Source of the DNA: an uncultured archaeon
GTDB taxonomy: Archaea; Altiarchaeota; Altiarchaeia; IMC4; SCGC-AAA252-I15
Assembly: GCA_964587725.1 (NCBI GenBank)
Contig: CAZPLO010000011.1
Location: 13,212-39,567 of the forward strand
DNA: 26,356 nt
Direction: 5' to 3'
Made by a program: the position numbers and the translations under genes. This document shows, one piece after another, positions 15,866 through 24,814 of the stretch (position 1 is its first letter; every line of letters starts with the position of its first letter). Below the pieces are notes generated by a model, which was not told the DNA's origin, ran no database searches, and saw only the letters and a list, made by a program, of their open reading frames with translations.

Positions 15866-17158
15866 ATGTCAGGCAGATTGTTCGACTCGGAACTGAAGGA
15901 CAGCAAAGTCTTCAAGGACCTCAGCGTTTTGAGCCCCCACTACGTGCCTAAGGAGCTGCCCTACCGCAAAAGCGAGATAAAGCAGATAACCAGGGTGTTG
16001 GCGCAGGTGTTTCAGGCTGTGAAACCCCACAACCTCTTCCTATACGGGAAGACGGGGACGGGGAAGACCAGCGTGGTGAAGAACATACTCAGGGACCTGG
16101 AGTCCACATTGGAGGACCGGTCCAAGAACACCAAAGACGTTAACGTCGCCGCATCCTACATGAACTGCCGCCTAGGCTACAACAGCAAATACCAGGTGCT
16201 GCTCCGCATCCTCGAGGAGGAGTCGCTGAACAGGGAGGGCTTGAAGAAGACCCCCATGGAGGGCGTGCGGACGGGGAAGCTGAACGGCCGCTCCCCCACG
16301 GAACTGTTTTCGAGGATGAAGGACGTGGTGGAAGCCAACGCCATACAATTGCTGGTGGTGTTGGACGAGGTGGATATGGTGAGGGACGTGAACGAGCTCA
16401 TGTACATGCTCACCCGCGTCAACGACGACATAGAGGTGAGGGAGGTTGGCGGCAAGGAGAAGCGCGGCAGCGTCTCCATCATCGGCATATCCAACCGCTA
16501 CTCGTTCAAAAACATACTCGACCCCCGCACCAAAAGCACCCTCTGCGAGGAGGAGGTGGTGTTCAAGCCCTACAACGCCAACCAGCTGAAGACCATACTG
16601 GCCCACCGTGTGAAGGCGGGGTTCAGGAAAGGAAGCATCTCCGAATCCAACGTCGCGTTGATTGCCGCGTACGCTGCGCAGACCAACGGCGACGCACGCT
16701 ACGGCCTCCGGCTGCTGCAGAAGGCGGGGGAGATAGCGCAGGCCGACAACAGGAAACGCGTCAAAAAAGAGGACGTTAAGGAGGCTAAAGCCAAGGTGGA
16801 GGAGGACATCATAACCGAGCTCATCACCACGTTGCCGGAGCACCAGCAGATTGTGCTGTATGCGATAGCGGACGCCGTCGTCAGGGGCAGTCAATACAAG
16901 CGACTGTCCGACACGCCGTCGGACGTGTTGTTTTCGGGGGAAGTGTACGAGAACTACGAGAAAATCTGCAAGCATTTGAACCGGAACCCCAGGACGATGC
17001 GGTGGTTCGGCGAGTACCTGAAGGAGCTGGAGATGCTCGGCCTCGTCACATTAACTCTGTCCGGTTCGGGGGTCAGGGGAACAACCACCCTCATCCGCAT
17101 CGGCGGCAGCGCACAGGAGATTAAGAAAATAATCAGCGGCAGCCTAGGTTTAAGTTAG
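15866..17158 (+). CDS. cdc6: Orc1/Cdc6-family replication initiation protein
   Basis: LSPHYVPKELPYR, Walker A YGKTGTGKT, Walker B VVLDEVD, LDPRTKSTL, FKPYNANQLKTIL, GDARYGLRLL and winged-helix LKELEMLGLV. Start set at MSGRLF. Confidence 0.95.
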   Translation: MSGRLFDSELKDSKVFKDLSVLSPHYVPKELPYRKSEIKQITRVLAQVFQAVKPHNLFLYGKTGTGKTSVVKNILRDLESTLEDRSKNTKDVNVAASYMNCRLGYNSKYQVLLRILEEESLNREGLKKTPMEGVRTGKLNGRSPTELFSRMKDVVEANAIQLLVVLDEVDMVRDVNELMYMLTRVNDDIEVREVGGKEKRGSVSIIGISNRYSFKNILDPRTKSTLCEEEVVFKPYNANQLKTILAHRVKAGFRKGSISESNVALIAAYAAQTNGDARYGLRLLQKAGEIAQADNRKRVKKEDVKEAKAKVEEDIITELITTLPEHQQIVLYAIADAVVRGSQYKRLSDTPSDVLFSGEVYENYEKICKHLNRNPRTMRWFGEYLKELEMLGLVTLTLSGSGVRGTTTLIRIGGSAQEIKKIISGSLGLS

Positions 17159-18354
17159 TCCCTGATGAATCCCGTGAACGCGGTCACGGCGATGAAAACC
17201 ACTCCCAGTGCCGCGAACGTCATATCCAATCCTATGAACTGCGCCAGTACTCCGCCGCCGAACGGCCCCACCACATAGCCTAAGTCGCGGGCGGTGCTCC
17301 ACACCCCCACCACGGAACCGCGTTCACCGGCGTCGGACTTCACAGTCAAAATGCCCTCCATGCTCGGCCACGCCAGAGCCAACCCTGTGGTGGCGAGGAA
17401 GGCGGCGGCGAACAAACCGTAGACGTCGTCGGCCATGCCGAACGCTATGGAAAAAACGCCCGCCGCCAGCAACCCTGCCGCAAGGGTCTTCCTCCTGCCG
17501 AACCGGTCCGCCAGCCACCCGCCCGGCGCCTCCAAGAATATCAGGGGCAATACGAACGCCGACATTATAATGCCGCCCACCAGGGCGTCGGAGGTGAATT
17601 CCCTGTAGTACAGGGGCTCTAGCACCCACACCATGCCGTCGTAGAAGCTGAACAGGAACGTCATCAACAGTATCACCAGGCCGGTGGACTTGAGTTTCCG
17701 GTAATCCGCCAGCTCCCTCAGGAACACGCGGTCCTTCACCACCAGGTCCCTGATTCCGTCCACAACGCGCCCGCCCCTGCCGTCGCCGAGAAACCACAGG
17801 TAGGCGATTACGAACGCGGCCGCCGAACCGAGGAAGTACATGATGGCGCCTGCCTCCAGCATGGTGGAACCCGCCAACAGCATGACTCCAGCAACAACGG
17901 GCCCTAACGCATAGCCTGAGTGGACGAAACCCATCTCCACCCCCAGGTACTCGGAACTCTCCGCGTCGGGGCTGATGTTCATCACATAGGCCATCGCGGG
18001 TATGTAGACGGTCTGATAAAGCAGCCCCAGCAGCAGGAGGAAGGCAGCCAGCGTCCACACGCTGTTCACCAGGGTGAAGTTGAGGCCCAGCAGCGCCAGA
18101 CCCGCCAACCCGGTCAGCAGAACCTTCCTGCCGCCTATGCGGTCGCAGAGGTCTCCTATAGGCAGGTCGACGAACATCGCAACCAAACCCGGCAGCGACA
18201 TCAGAAGTCCCACCACAGCTAAATCTTTGACCAGCGACTCCGCCACCTGAGGCAGCAGAAACCATAGGCCGCCGCTGCCGACGGTCCAAGCAACCAGCAC
18301 GCCGCCGACACGCAGTAGAAGCCGGTAGCCTTTGAAGCGCCGAAGGTAACGCAT
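17155..18354 (-). CDS. MFS transporter
   Basis: About 12 hydrophobic segments; motif A occurs twice (GDLCDRIGGRK and GWLADRFGRRK). Confidence 0.92.
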   Translation of the reverse strand: MRYLRRFKGYRLLLRVGGVLVAWTVGSGGLWFLLPQVAESLVKDLAVVGLLMSLPGLVAMFVDLPIGDLCDRIGGRKVLLTGLAGLALLGLNFTLVNSVWTLAAFLLLLGLLYQTVYIPAMAYVMNISPDAESSEYLGVEMGFVHSGYALGPVVAGVMLLAGSTMLEAGAIMYFLGSAAAFVIAYLWFLGDGRGGRVVDGIRDLVVKDRVFLRELADYRKLKSTGLVILLMTFLFSFYDGMVWVLEPLYYREFTSDALVGGIIMSAFVLPLIFLEAPGGWLADRFGRRKTLAAGLLAAGVFSIAFGMADDVYGLFAAAFLATTGLALAWPSMEGILTVKSDAGERGSVVGVWSTARDLGYVVGPFGGGVLAQFIGLDMTFAALGVVFIAVTAFTGFIRD

Positions 18355-18375
18355 GTTAAGTATTAGTCGAGGCGT

Positions 18376-19680
18376 TTAATAGGCCCGGAACTTGACCTCG
18401 TCCATGTCCTGCATCAGCAGCTCCAAATCCCGCTCCGTCAGCACAACCGGGTCTATGTAGACTATGAGGCTGCACCCGCTCTCAGAAATCATGTCGCGGA
18501 CGTGCTGGACGGTGTGGAGAACCCGTTTGAAGTCGTTGTGCTCTATGAGATAGGACAGGGGCTCCAGAAAAACAACGCCCTGTTCGCCCTCACCCATCTT
18601 GCCTATGAACCTGCTCACCACGTTAGACACGCCAACCAAATCCGTGGGGGTGAGGTGCGGCTCCTCAGTCTTTATGTCCGTCACCCACACTATGGGGGTG
18701 GTTGCGAGGCCGTAGTTCTCCCTTATCCGCTCAGGGTTGGTTCTGGAGATGCACAGACCCACCATGCCGTGCTTGACCATGTCCACGAACGCCCTGTAGC
18801 TCTCCATAGGCTTCTTCTCCTCTATGAGGTAGGTCATCCCCGGCTCCAGAGCGGACTCCAGGGGGGTTTCCTTCAGTCGTTCCTCCACCTTCGGGACCAC
18901 CTCCAGTATGATGGACCGCATAGCCTTCGACAAATCTGTCTGAGTCACTATCCCCGCCAGTTCACCGTCTTCGACCACCGGAAGACGCCTGAAACCCCCG
19001 TCTTCCATCATCTTGCTGGTGCTGTACACCGACATCTCGGAGTCGACGGTTAAAACAGGGGAGGTCATGACTTCTTCAACGCTGGTTTTCTCGGGGTCCA
19101 TGCCTCCCACGAGAACCCTGTTCAACACGTCCTTCTCGGTTAGGATGCCCGCCACTTCATCACCGTCAACGACAACAACCGAGCCCACGTTCTTGGCGGT
19201 CATCCTCCTGGCGGCGTCGACCACCAGGTCTTTGCCTCCGACGGTGACGACCTCCTTGGTCATCACGTGCTCGACCTTGCGCCATATGCCGGTGGACTCC
19301 ATGGCGCGGGCGATGTCGGTCTCGGTGACTATGCCCACCAGTTCCCCGCCGTCCACGATGGGCAGCCGGCGGAACCCGTGGGAGTGCATCACCTCGCTCG
19401 CGTCAAGAAGGGGTGTGCATGCTTCAACCGAAACAGCAGGCGACGACATCATGTCCGCGACACTCATGTGGTCGTCGCCTCCGGAGGACACGTAGCGGAG
19501 CAGGTCCGTTTCAGTGAGGATACCTGTTACTTCCCCGTCTTCCACGACAACCAGGGAGCCTATGCCGCGTTCGGCCATGACCTTCACCGCATCCGCTATC
19601 GGCTGCCCGGCTTCGACCACCGCGACGTCGCGGGTCATTATCCCCCCGACGGTCTTCTCAACACCCGATTCGTCGGCCAT
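18376..19680 (-). CDS. Four CBS domains fused to a C-terminal DUF835-like (degenerate KaiC-like) domain
   Basis: Repeated VT/LAGIL/VTETD, MSSP/MTSP and FRRLPI/VV CBS units; C-terminal GLCISRTNPERI, PIVWVT, VVFLEPLSYLIEHNDF and LIVYIDP match the DUF835 pattern. Confidence 0.85.
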   Translation of the reverse strand: MADESGVEKTVGGIMTRDVAVVEAGQPIADAVKVMAERGIGSLVVVEDGEVTGILTETDLLRYVSSGGDDHMSVADMMSSPAVSVEACTPLLDASEVMHSHGFRRLPIVDGGELVGIVTETDIARAMESTGIWRKVEHVMTKEVVTVGGKDLVVDAARRMTAKNVGSVVVVDGDEVAGILTEKDVLNRVLVGGMDPEKTSVEEVMTSPVLTVDSEMSVYSTSKMMEDGGFRRLPVVEDGELAGIVTQTDLSKAMRSIILEVVPKVEERLKETPLESALEPGMTYLIEEKKPMESYRAFVDMVKHGMVGLCISRTNPERIRENYGLATTPIVWVTDIKTEEPHLTPTDLVGVSNVVSRFIGKMGEGEQGVVFLEPLSYLIEHNDFKRVLHTVQHVRDMISESGCSLIVYIDPVVLTERDLELLMQDMDEVKFRAY

Positions 19681-19715
19681 GGCGTTTAACTATCGGGGCG
19701 GGGGTTTAAATCCGT

Positions 19716-20354
19716 TCAGACCTCCTTCAGACTCTCCTTCAGTTTCTCCGTGGTTTTGAAGTGGGTTTTAGCGACTTCGTCGAGTCTCCCGAGGCCGTAG
19801 AGTTCCGTGAACGTCTTCCCGGCCTCGATGACCTCGGATGCGCCTTTGGGGAATACTACGCCGTAGCGGTGCCTCATCCTCTCCAGCGCCTTCAAATAGC
19901 CGGCGCGCGCCAGTATCGACGCCGCGGCAACAGCCAGGTCGGATTCGGCGCGGTGGCGCTGGGCCAGCGTCACCTTCCGGCCCTCCTCCATAAGCCGCTC
20001 CTGCAGGAAGTGTTCGTCGCCGAACTGGTCTGCCACCACCCTCGTGCATTTGACGCGGGTGAGCAGGTTCTCTATGGCGCGGGCGTGCGCCCAAGCCAGC
20101 AGGACGTTCAGGTTCTCGAGTTTACTGTATAGTGTGTTGTATTTCTTCGGCCCTATCAACACCACGTCGTGTTCGAATTCTTCGCGGAGGTTTTTGTCGA
20201 TGGACAGTATTCTGTCGTCCCTGATTTTCTTGCTGTCCCTGACTCCAAGTCTCCTGAGTTTCTTCTCGTCGCCCCTGCCCACGCAGACTGCCGCCGCAAC
20301 CAGGGGGCCGAAGTAGTCGCCCTTCCCGGACTCGTCCGTGCCGATGCGCTCCAT
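19716..20354 (-). CDS. rnhC: Ribonuclease HIII-type RNase H, catalytic domain only
   Basis: IGTDESGKGDYFGPL, GVRDSKK, YNTLY, LLAWAHARAIENL, ADQF, AESDLAVAAASILAR, PKGAS and AKTHFKT are HIII-type rather than archaeal HII (DEAGRGP) signatures. Confidence 0.88.
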   Translation of the reverse strand: MERIGTDESGKGDYFGPLVAAAVCVGRGDEKKLRRLGVRDSKKIRDDRILSIDKNLREEFEHDVVLIGPKKYNTLYSKLENLNVLLAWAHARAIENLLTRVKCTRVVADQFGDEHFLQERLMEEGRKVTLAQRHRAESDLAVAAASILARAGYLKALERMRHRYGVVFPKGASEVIEAGKTFTELYGLGRLDEVAKTHFKTTEKLKESLKEV

Positions 20355-20405
20355 TTTGAAATTATTTTTAATATTTTGAATATTTTAAAAATTATTTATA
20401 CTATC

Positions 20406-20837
20406 TCATCTCCAGTCGGGCTTCACCCACGTCTGGAACATGACCTTTATCAAATCAGGGAGATGGGAGACGATGTCCATCACCGTCACTATCCCCACCA
20501 CCATGTTGGCTTCGTTCACCACAGCCAGACGCCTCACCCGGTGCTCGCCCATCAACTTCACCGCCTTCTCCACGCTGTTGAGGGGGTGGACGCTTAACAC
20601 CGGCGACGACATCACCTCCCGGACCTCGACGTCGGCGGCTTCTTTGCCGGCCACCAGAACCTTCCTGAATATGTCGTTCGTGGTCACCACTCCCACAGCC
20701 TTCCCCTCTTCCACCACAATCATGCCGCTGATGTTGTGTGAAACCAGCTTCTTGGCTGCGGAATCCACCCTCTCCTCAGGCGACACGGTTATGAGTCTGG
20801 TGGACATGATGTCCTTCACCAGCATGGTATTAAACAT
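20406..20837 (-). CDS. Stand-alone CBS-pair protein
   Basis: VKDIMST, VGVVTTNDI, VREVMSSPV, VRRLAVV and VGIVTVMDI. Start is 20837 or 20825. Confidence 0.92.
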   Translation of the reverse strand: MFNTMLVKDIMSTRLITVSPEERVDSAAKKLVSHNISGMIVVEEGKAVGVVTTNDIFRKVLVAGKEAADVEVREVMSSPVLSVHPLNSVEKAVKLMGEHRVRRLAVVNEANMVVGIVTVMDIVSHLPDLIKVMFQTWVKPDWR

Positions 20838-20856
20838 AAGGACTCTGTTTATATGT

Positions 20857-21303
20857 ATGGACTACCGGGTCTTCCAGGGCAGAGTAAGCCTGTTGTGCGT
20901 GGGCAACGAACTCAACGGAGACGACGCGTTCGGCAGGCACCTGGCCGATACGCTGGAAGAAGACGGTGAAATGCAGGTGTTGTTCGCCTCCACAGCACCT
21001 GAAAACTTCGTCGGCGAAGTAATCGACTTCAAACCGGAAAGGGTGGTTGTTGTGGATGCAGGCGACTTCGGCGGCCGCCCTGGCGAAATACGGCGGCTTC
21101 AGCAGGACGAGCTGCAGTCCGTCCACGTATCAACGCACAGGATGCCCATGAAGGTGCTGGCGAGACAGTTCAAGGAAGAAGGAGTTGACACGGCATTCGT
21201 CGCTGTTCAGGCCCGCCACTTCACCCCTGGAGAAGAAATGAGTGAAGAGTTGGAGGCCGCGTTGGATGAGCTCGCCGGGAACATACTGTCTGTCAGGGCT
21301 TGA
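20857..21303 (+). CDS. hycI: Hydrogenase maturation endopeptidase, HycI type
   Basis: CVGNELNGDDAFG, APENF, VVDAGDFGGRPGEI and STHRMP. Start set at MDYRVF. Confidence 0.9.
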   Translation: MDYRVFQGRVSLLCVGNELNGDDAFGRHLADTLEEDGEMQVLFASTAPENFVGEVIDFKPERVVVVDAGDFGGRPGEIRRLQQDELQSVHVSTHRMPMKVLARQFKEEGVDTAFVAVQARHFTPGEEMSEELEAALDELAGNILSVRA

Positions 21304-21547
21304 CCCTCTCCCGCATCTCCTCCAGCTTATCCTTCAGCGAGTCGCCTTCATACAGGTATTCGACCAGCAACCCCTTGTCGCGTATGCCGTCGAGCATCTC
21401 CATGCTCAGTATCGGCAAATCTATCTTCACGTCCTCGTCCAGCGGGTTGCCCACTACAACGTCTATGAAGTCCGACTTCACCACCCTCTCCACAAAATAG
21501 CCGCCGAGGTTTATCACCAGCCCGGACTCGAACACTATCTTGGTCAT
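21293..21547 (-). CDS. ehbP: Energy-converting hydrogenase B subunit P-like
   Basis: INLGGYFVE and VVVGNPLDEDVKIDLP resemble EhbP; ATGA overlap with ehbO; it is the C-terminal 84 aa of track ORF 21293..22327. Confidence 0.75.
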   Translation of the reverse strand: MTKIVFESGLVINLGGYFVERVVKSDFIDVVVGNPLDEDVKIDLPILSMEMLDGIRDKGLLVEYLYEGDSLKDKLEEMRERVKP

Positions 21548-22602
21548 AGTATCACCGCCGCAAGTGCTATTACGCCGATCAACGTGGCAGTGAACGACAC
21601 CCTGTATACCTGCTTGAACGTGAACACGGGACTGAACGCCTTCAGTATGGCGGCTGCAGCGGGCAGAGCGGTCAGCAGTATCAGATGCAGCAAGGCGGTG
21701 CCCGGGAACCGGACGTCGAACGGTATGCCCAGGAACAACGTGATGAACAGGCTGGAGAGTGTGAACGACAGCAGCCCCGTGAGCAGGTAATACAGGCCCC
21801 TCCACACCGCCGCGTACTCCATCATCGGACCCTCTATGATGTCGACCTTCGGCTTCACGATGTCGAACGGCCGGTTGTTTGTGACAATATTGTATCCTAT
21901 GAAGTACACGCCCGCCGCCAGAAGCCCGGGAATCGTCAGCAGGAAGGGGTTGAGGCTGGCCAGCGTCGAAGGCATGCATTCCGCCGTGAACAGGAAACCT
22001 GTCCCGTAGTTGCCCGCGTACACGGGGTTCTGCGGCAGCACCACGTCCTGTATGCTCATGCTGCCCGCGGCAGCGAACGGCACCAGCAACGCCACGTAGA
22101 AGGGGAACGACCCCAGCGTAATCATCTTCAGCGCCCTGACCGACGCTATCTGCTCGAAAAACCTTCTCGGCGCGTCCCGGAACGCGGCGTATTTGACGGT
22201 GTCCGCCCACGGCAGGCCCACTGACATAACGGACCTGCTGAACGAACCCATCATCATGTAGGAAACCTCCTCCAGCTTCAGCAGGCCCAGTATCCCCAGT
22301 ACGGAGCCGAAACCCAGTATGCCCCACCAGAAGGGGGTGGAGAACAAAAGGATGAAGGCGACGGAGCCGAGCGACATCAGCAACAGAATATGGTACACTC
22401 CGGGGTTGGGGCTGTGTTCCTTGACCGTCTTCTTGTAGCGGAACTTCAGCATGTTCCAGAACCCCGGCGTGGTGACCGGCGGGCCGATGCGCTGCTGCAG
22501 ACGCGCCTGAATCTTACGCTCCAGCCCGGGGATGAAGACGGCGTCCGCCACCGCAATGACGAGGGACACGATGCTTCCAACAGCCACGTCAACGGGGTTC
22601 AT
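21544..22602 (-). CDS. ehbO: Energy-converting hydrogenase membrane subunit, NuoH-like (EhbO)
   Basis: GLERKIQARLQQRIGPP.TTPG and PFDIVKPKVDIIEGPMMEY with multiple TM segments. Start MNPVDV overlaps the ehbN stop. Confidence 0.88.
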   Translation of the reverse strand: MNPVDVAVGSIVSLVIAVADAVFIPGLERKIQARLQQRIGPPVTTPGFWNMLKFRYKKTVKEHSPNPGVYHILLLMSLGSVAFILLFSTPFWWGILGFGSVLGILGLLKLEEVSYMMMGSFSRSVMSVGLPWADTVKYAAFRDAPRRFFEQIASVRALKMITLGSFPFYVALLVPFAAAGSMSIQDVVLPQNPVYAGNYGTGFLFTAECMPSTLASLNPFLLTIPGLLAAGVYFIGYNIVTNNRPFDIVKPKVDIIEGPMMEYAAVWRGLYYLLTGLLSFTLSSLFITLFLGIPFDVRFPGTALLHLILLTALPAAAAILKAFSPVFTFKQVYRVSFTATLIGVIALAAVIL

Positions 22603-23741
22603 TTCTTCACCTCGCTGAAGTCTACCAGTGTCTCCTCGCCGGTTCTTGCGTCCTTTACCAACGCCCGGTTGGCGCAGCATATGCAGGGGTCGCATGAAAT
22701 CACCGTGAGTATTCCGTCCGTCAAATGGTCTCCGACACACGCCTGCTCCACCGCGGCGAGGTTGGTGGTGGTGGGCGGCCGTATCCTGTAGTTGCGGACC
22801 TTCCCGTGCGCGTCTATGCGGAGCGAATGGAACAATTCCCCGCGGGGAGCCTCCATGTAGGATGTCGCGAACCCCGTGTCCAGCGGCGGCTTATGCGGCG
22901 TCACCAGGTCCCCCTCCGGCAGGTCGTCGAGTATCTGCCGTATGACCTTTATGGACTCGAACACCTCCAGGCAGCGCGCCACCACCCTGGCCTTGTTGTC
23001 GCCGTCCTCCAATACTATCATGTCGAAGTCTATGCCCTCGTACTCCGGAATCTCCTTCCGCCAGTCCCATTTGACGCCGGAGGCCCTGGCGGTCGGCCCC
23101 ACCGCATGCGTGGCTTCAGCCACCTTCCTGCTCATCACGCCGGTGCCTTCGAGGCGGGACATTATCATGGGGTCGTTGAGCACGCGGTCCACCATTTTGC
23201 CGAGGGTGTTCTCGAGTTCATCCACCATCCCCGACACCTTAGCCCTTGTCTGGCTGTCGAGGTCGCAGCGCGGCCTTATGCCTCCGATGATGGGTATGGC
23301 GTAGTGGACGCGGTTGCCGGACACCTCCTGCAGTATCCTCATCACCGGCTCCCGCATGGCGAAGCTCCTGTAGGAGAATGTTTCATGACCCAGGACTTCG
23401 AATGCGTGGCCGAAGAACAATGTGTGGGAGTGCAGCCGCTCCAGCTCGGCGCCCAGAATCCGTATGCTGTTGGCGCGGTCCGATATCCCTATGCCGCCCG
23501 CCATCTCCGTGACCCTGCAGGAACTCCACAAGTGGATGTGGGAGCATATGCCGCACACCCGCTCCGTTATCATGTTCGCCTTCTTGATGGGGACTCCCTC
23601 GAGTATCCTCTCTATGCCTCGGTAGACGGCGTTGAATGTTATCTCGCAGTCTTCGACGACCTCGTCTTCGACGAGAAAACGTATCCTGAACGGCTCCAGC
23701 ATGGTGGGGTGGACTATGCCCACGGGCACCTCCTCTTTCAC
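22599..23741 (-). CDS. ehbN: Group 4 [NiFe]-hydrogenase large subunit (EhbN)
   Basis: L1 motif ERVCGICSH, ELERLHSH, EAPRGE and L2 motif CDPCICCANR. GTG start overlaps the ehbM stop (GTGA). Confidence 0.92.
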   Translation of the reverse strand: MKEEVPVGIVHPTMLEPFRIRFLVEDEVVEDCEITFNAVYRGIERILEGVPIKKANMITERVCGICSHIHLWSSCRVTEMAGGIGISDRANSIRILGAELERLHSHTLFFGHAFEVLGHETFSYRSFAMREPVMRILQEVSGNRVHYAIPIIGGIRPRCDLDSQTRAKVSGMVDELENTLGKMVDRVLNDPMIMSRLEGTGVMSRKVAEATHAVGPTARASGVKWDWRKEIPEYEGIDFDMIVLEDGDNKARVVARCLEVFESIKVIRQILDDLPEGDLVTPHKPPLDTGFATSYMEAPRGELFHSLRIDAHGKVRNYRIRPPTTTNLAAVEQACVGDHLTDGILTVISCDPCICCANRALVKDARTGEETLVDFSEVKK

Positions 23742-24187
23742 GGCCCCGCCTCCACAATCTTCGGAATAAGCGATGCGACGCCCGCAATAATGTCCTCGGG
23801 CCGCGGCGGGCATCCCGGCACCGACGCGTCCACCGGCAGTACCTTATGGAGTGGTCCCACCACCTGGTCTGCGGGCCCCAGTTCGCCGTACACGTTCAGG
23901 TATATGTCGCCTACGATGGGGCAGGAGCCGACCGCAACAACCGCCTTCGGCTCCGGAATGCTCTCGTATATCGCCTTCAGCGGCTCTTTCGTGCGTCTTG
24001 TCACGGGGCCCGTAACCAACAGTATGTCGGCTTCCCGGGGGTTCCAGGTGACGAACACCCGGTACTGCTCCAGGTCATAGTACGGCGACAGGAGGGCGTT
24101 GACCACTTCGATGTCGCAGCCGTTGCACCCGCCGGTGTACACGAGCATCACGTGTATTGACCGTTTCCTCGCAGCCTCCTTAAGCAT
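23738..24187 (-). CDS. ehbM: [NiFe]-hydrogenase small subunit, NuoB-like (EhbM)
   Basis: GGCNGCDIE, WNPREADILLVTGPVT, AVGSCP and VPGCPPRP. Confidence 0.93.
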   Translation of the reverse strand: MLKEAARKRSIHVMLVYTGGCNGCDIEVVNALLSPYYDLEQYRVFVTWNPREADILLVTGPVTRRTKEPLKAIYESIPEPKAVVAVGSCPIVGDIYLNVYGELGPADQVVGPLHKVLPVDASVPGCPPRPEDIIAGVASLIPKIVEAGP

Positions 24188-24608
24188 CGTCTCCCTCCTT
24201 TTTCTTGAACAGGTCCTGGGCCTTGATGCCGGACACCCTGTTGCCTCTGGGGTGTATGGCAGACTGTTTTTTATGGACCGTGAAGGTGGGGCAGTTGTCG
24301 TGGCACTGGAAGCAGTACATGCACTTCATGTGGTCTATTTCGGGAATCTTCTCCTTATACCGGTTCTCCGTCAACCGTATCTTTTCGGGCAGGGGCTTCA
24401 TGGTTATGGCCTTCACCGGGCATATGTTGGCGCAGACGCCGCAGCCGAGGCACAGGTCCTCGTCTATGTTCTTCAAAGGCTCCACATTCCCCGACAGTAT
24501 ATTGTCGCGCATCCTCATGTCGTTGAGCCTGCCGGAGCCGAACAGTATCCTGGGTATGTTGCGGAACCCGAACACCGTGTGCTTCAGCGCCTTCAAAACC
24601 GCTTTCAT
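24180..24608 (-). CDS. ehbL: 2[4Fe-4S] ferredoxin-like subunit, NuoI-like (EhbL)
   Basis: CLGCGVCANICP and CMYCFQCHDNCP followed by AIHPR. Confidence 0.88.
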   Translation of the reverse strand: MKAVLKALKHTVFGFRNIPRILFGSGRLNDMRMRDNILSGNVEPLKNIDEDLCLGCGVCANICPVKAITMKPLPEKIRLTENRYKEKIPEIDHMKCMYCFQCHDNCPTFTVHKKQSAIHPRGNRVSGIKAQDLFKKKEGDDA

Positions 24609-24814
24609 GTTTTCCTCCGACCGCCCAACGCGGCCCCCAAAACAGCCGACACGTACGCCGTCGACACGCCCTCCACCGGGTAGTGTGGGTAGTTGCCCAG
24701 CAGAACCGCTATTATTACTCCGGCGGCTATTAAAAGCAGGGCGTCGGTACCGCGCACCCTGCTGCCGTAGAAGATGCCGAACGCGAACGCCACCGCATAC
24801 ACTACGGGGTTCAC
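24605..24814 (-). CDS. ehbJ: Small membrane subunit, EhbJ-like
   Basis: 69-aa hydrophobic protein with LGNYPHY; GTGA and ATGA overlaps on both sides; position after ehbI. Confidence 0.6.
   Translation of the reverse strand: MNPVVYAVAFAFGIFYGSRVRGTDALLLIAAGVIIAVLLGNYPHYPVEGVSTAYVSAVLGAALGGRRKT

Noticed and set aside
8899-17158. Inteins in GlmS, the KaiC proteins or Cdc6
   Set aside because: Protein lengths are ordinary and no intein splice-junction or LAGLIDADG blocks are visible.
22599-23741. Selenocysteine-containing hydrogenase or a non-hydrogenase complex I-like subunit
   Set aside because: Both CxxC motifs use ordinary Cys codons with no in-frame TGA, and all Ni ligands are present.
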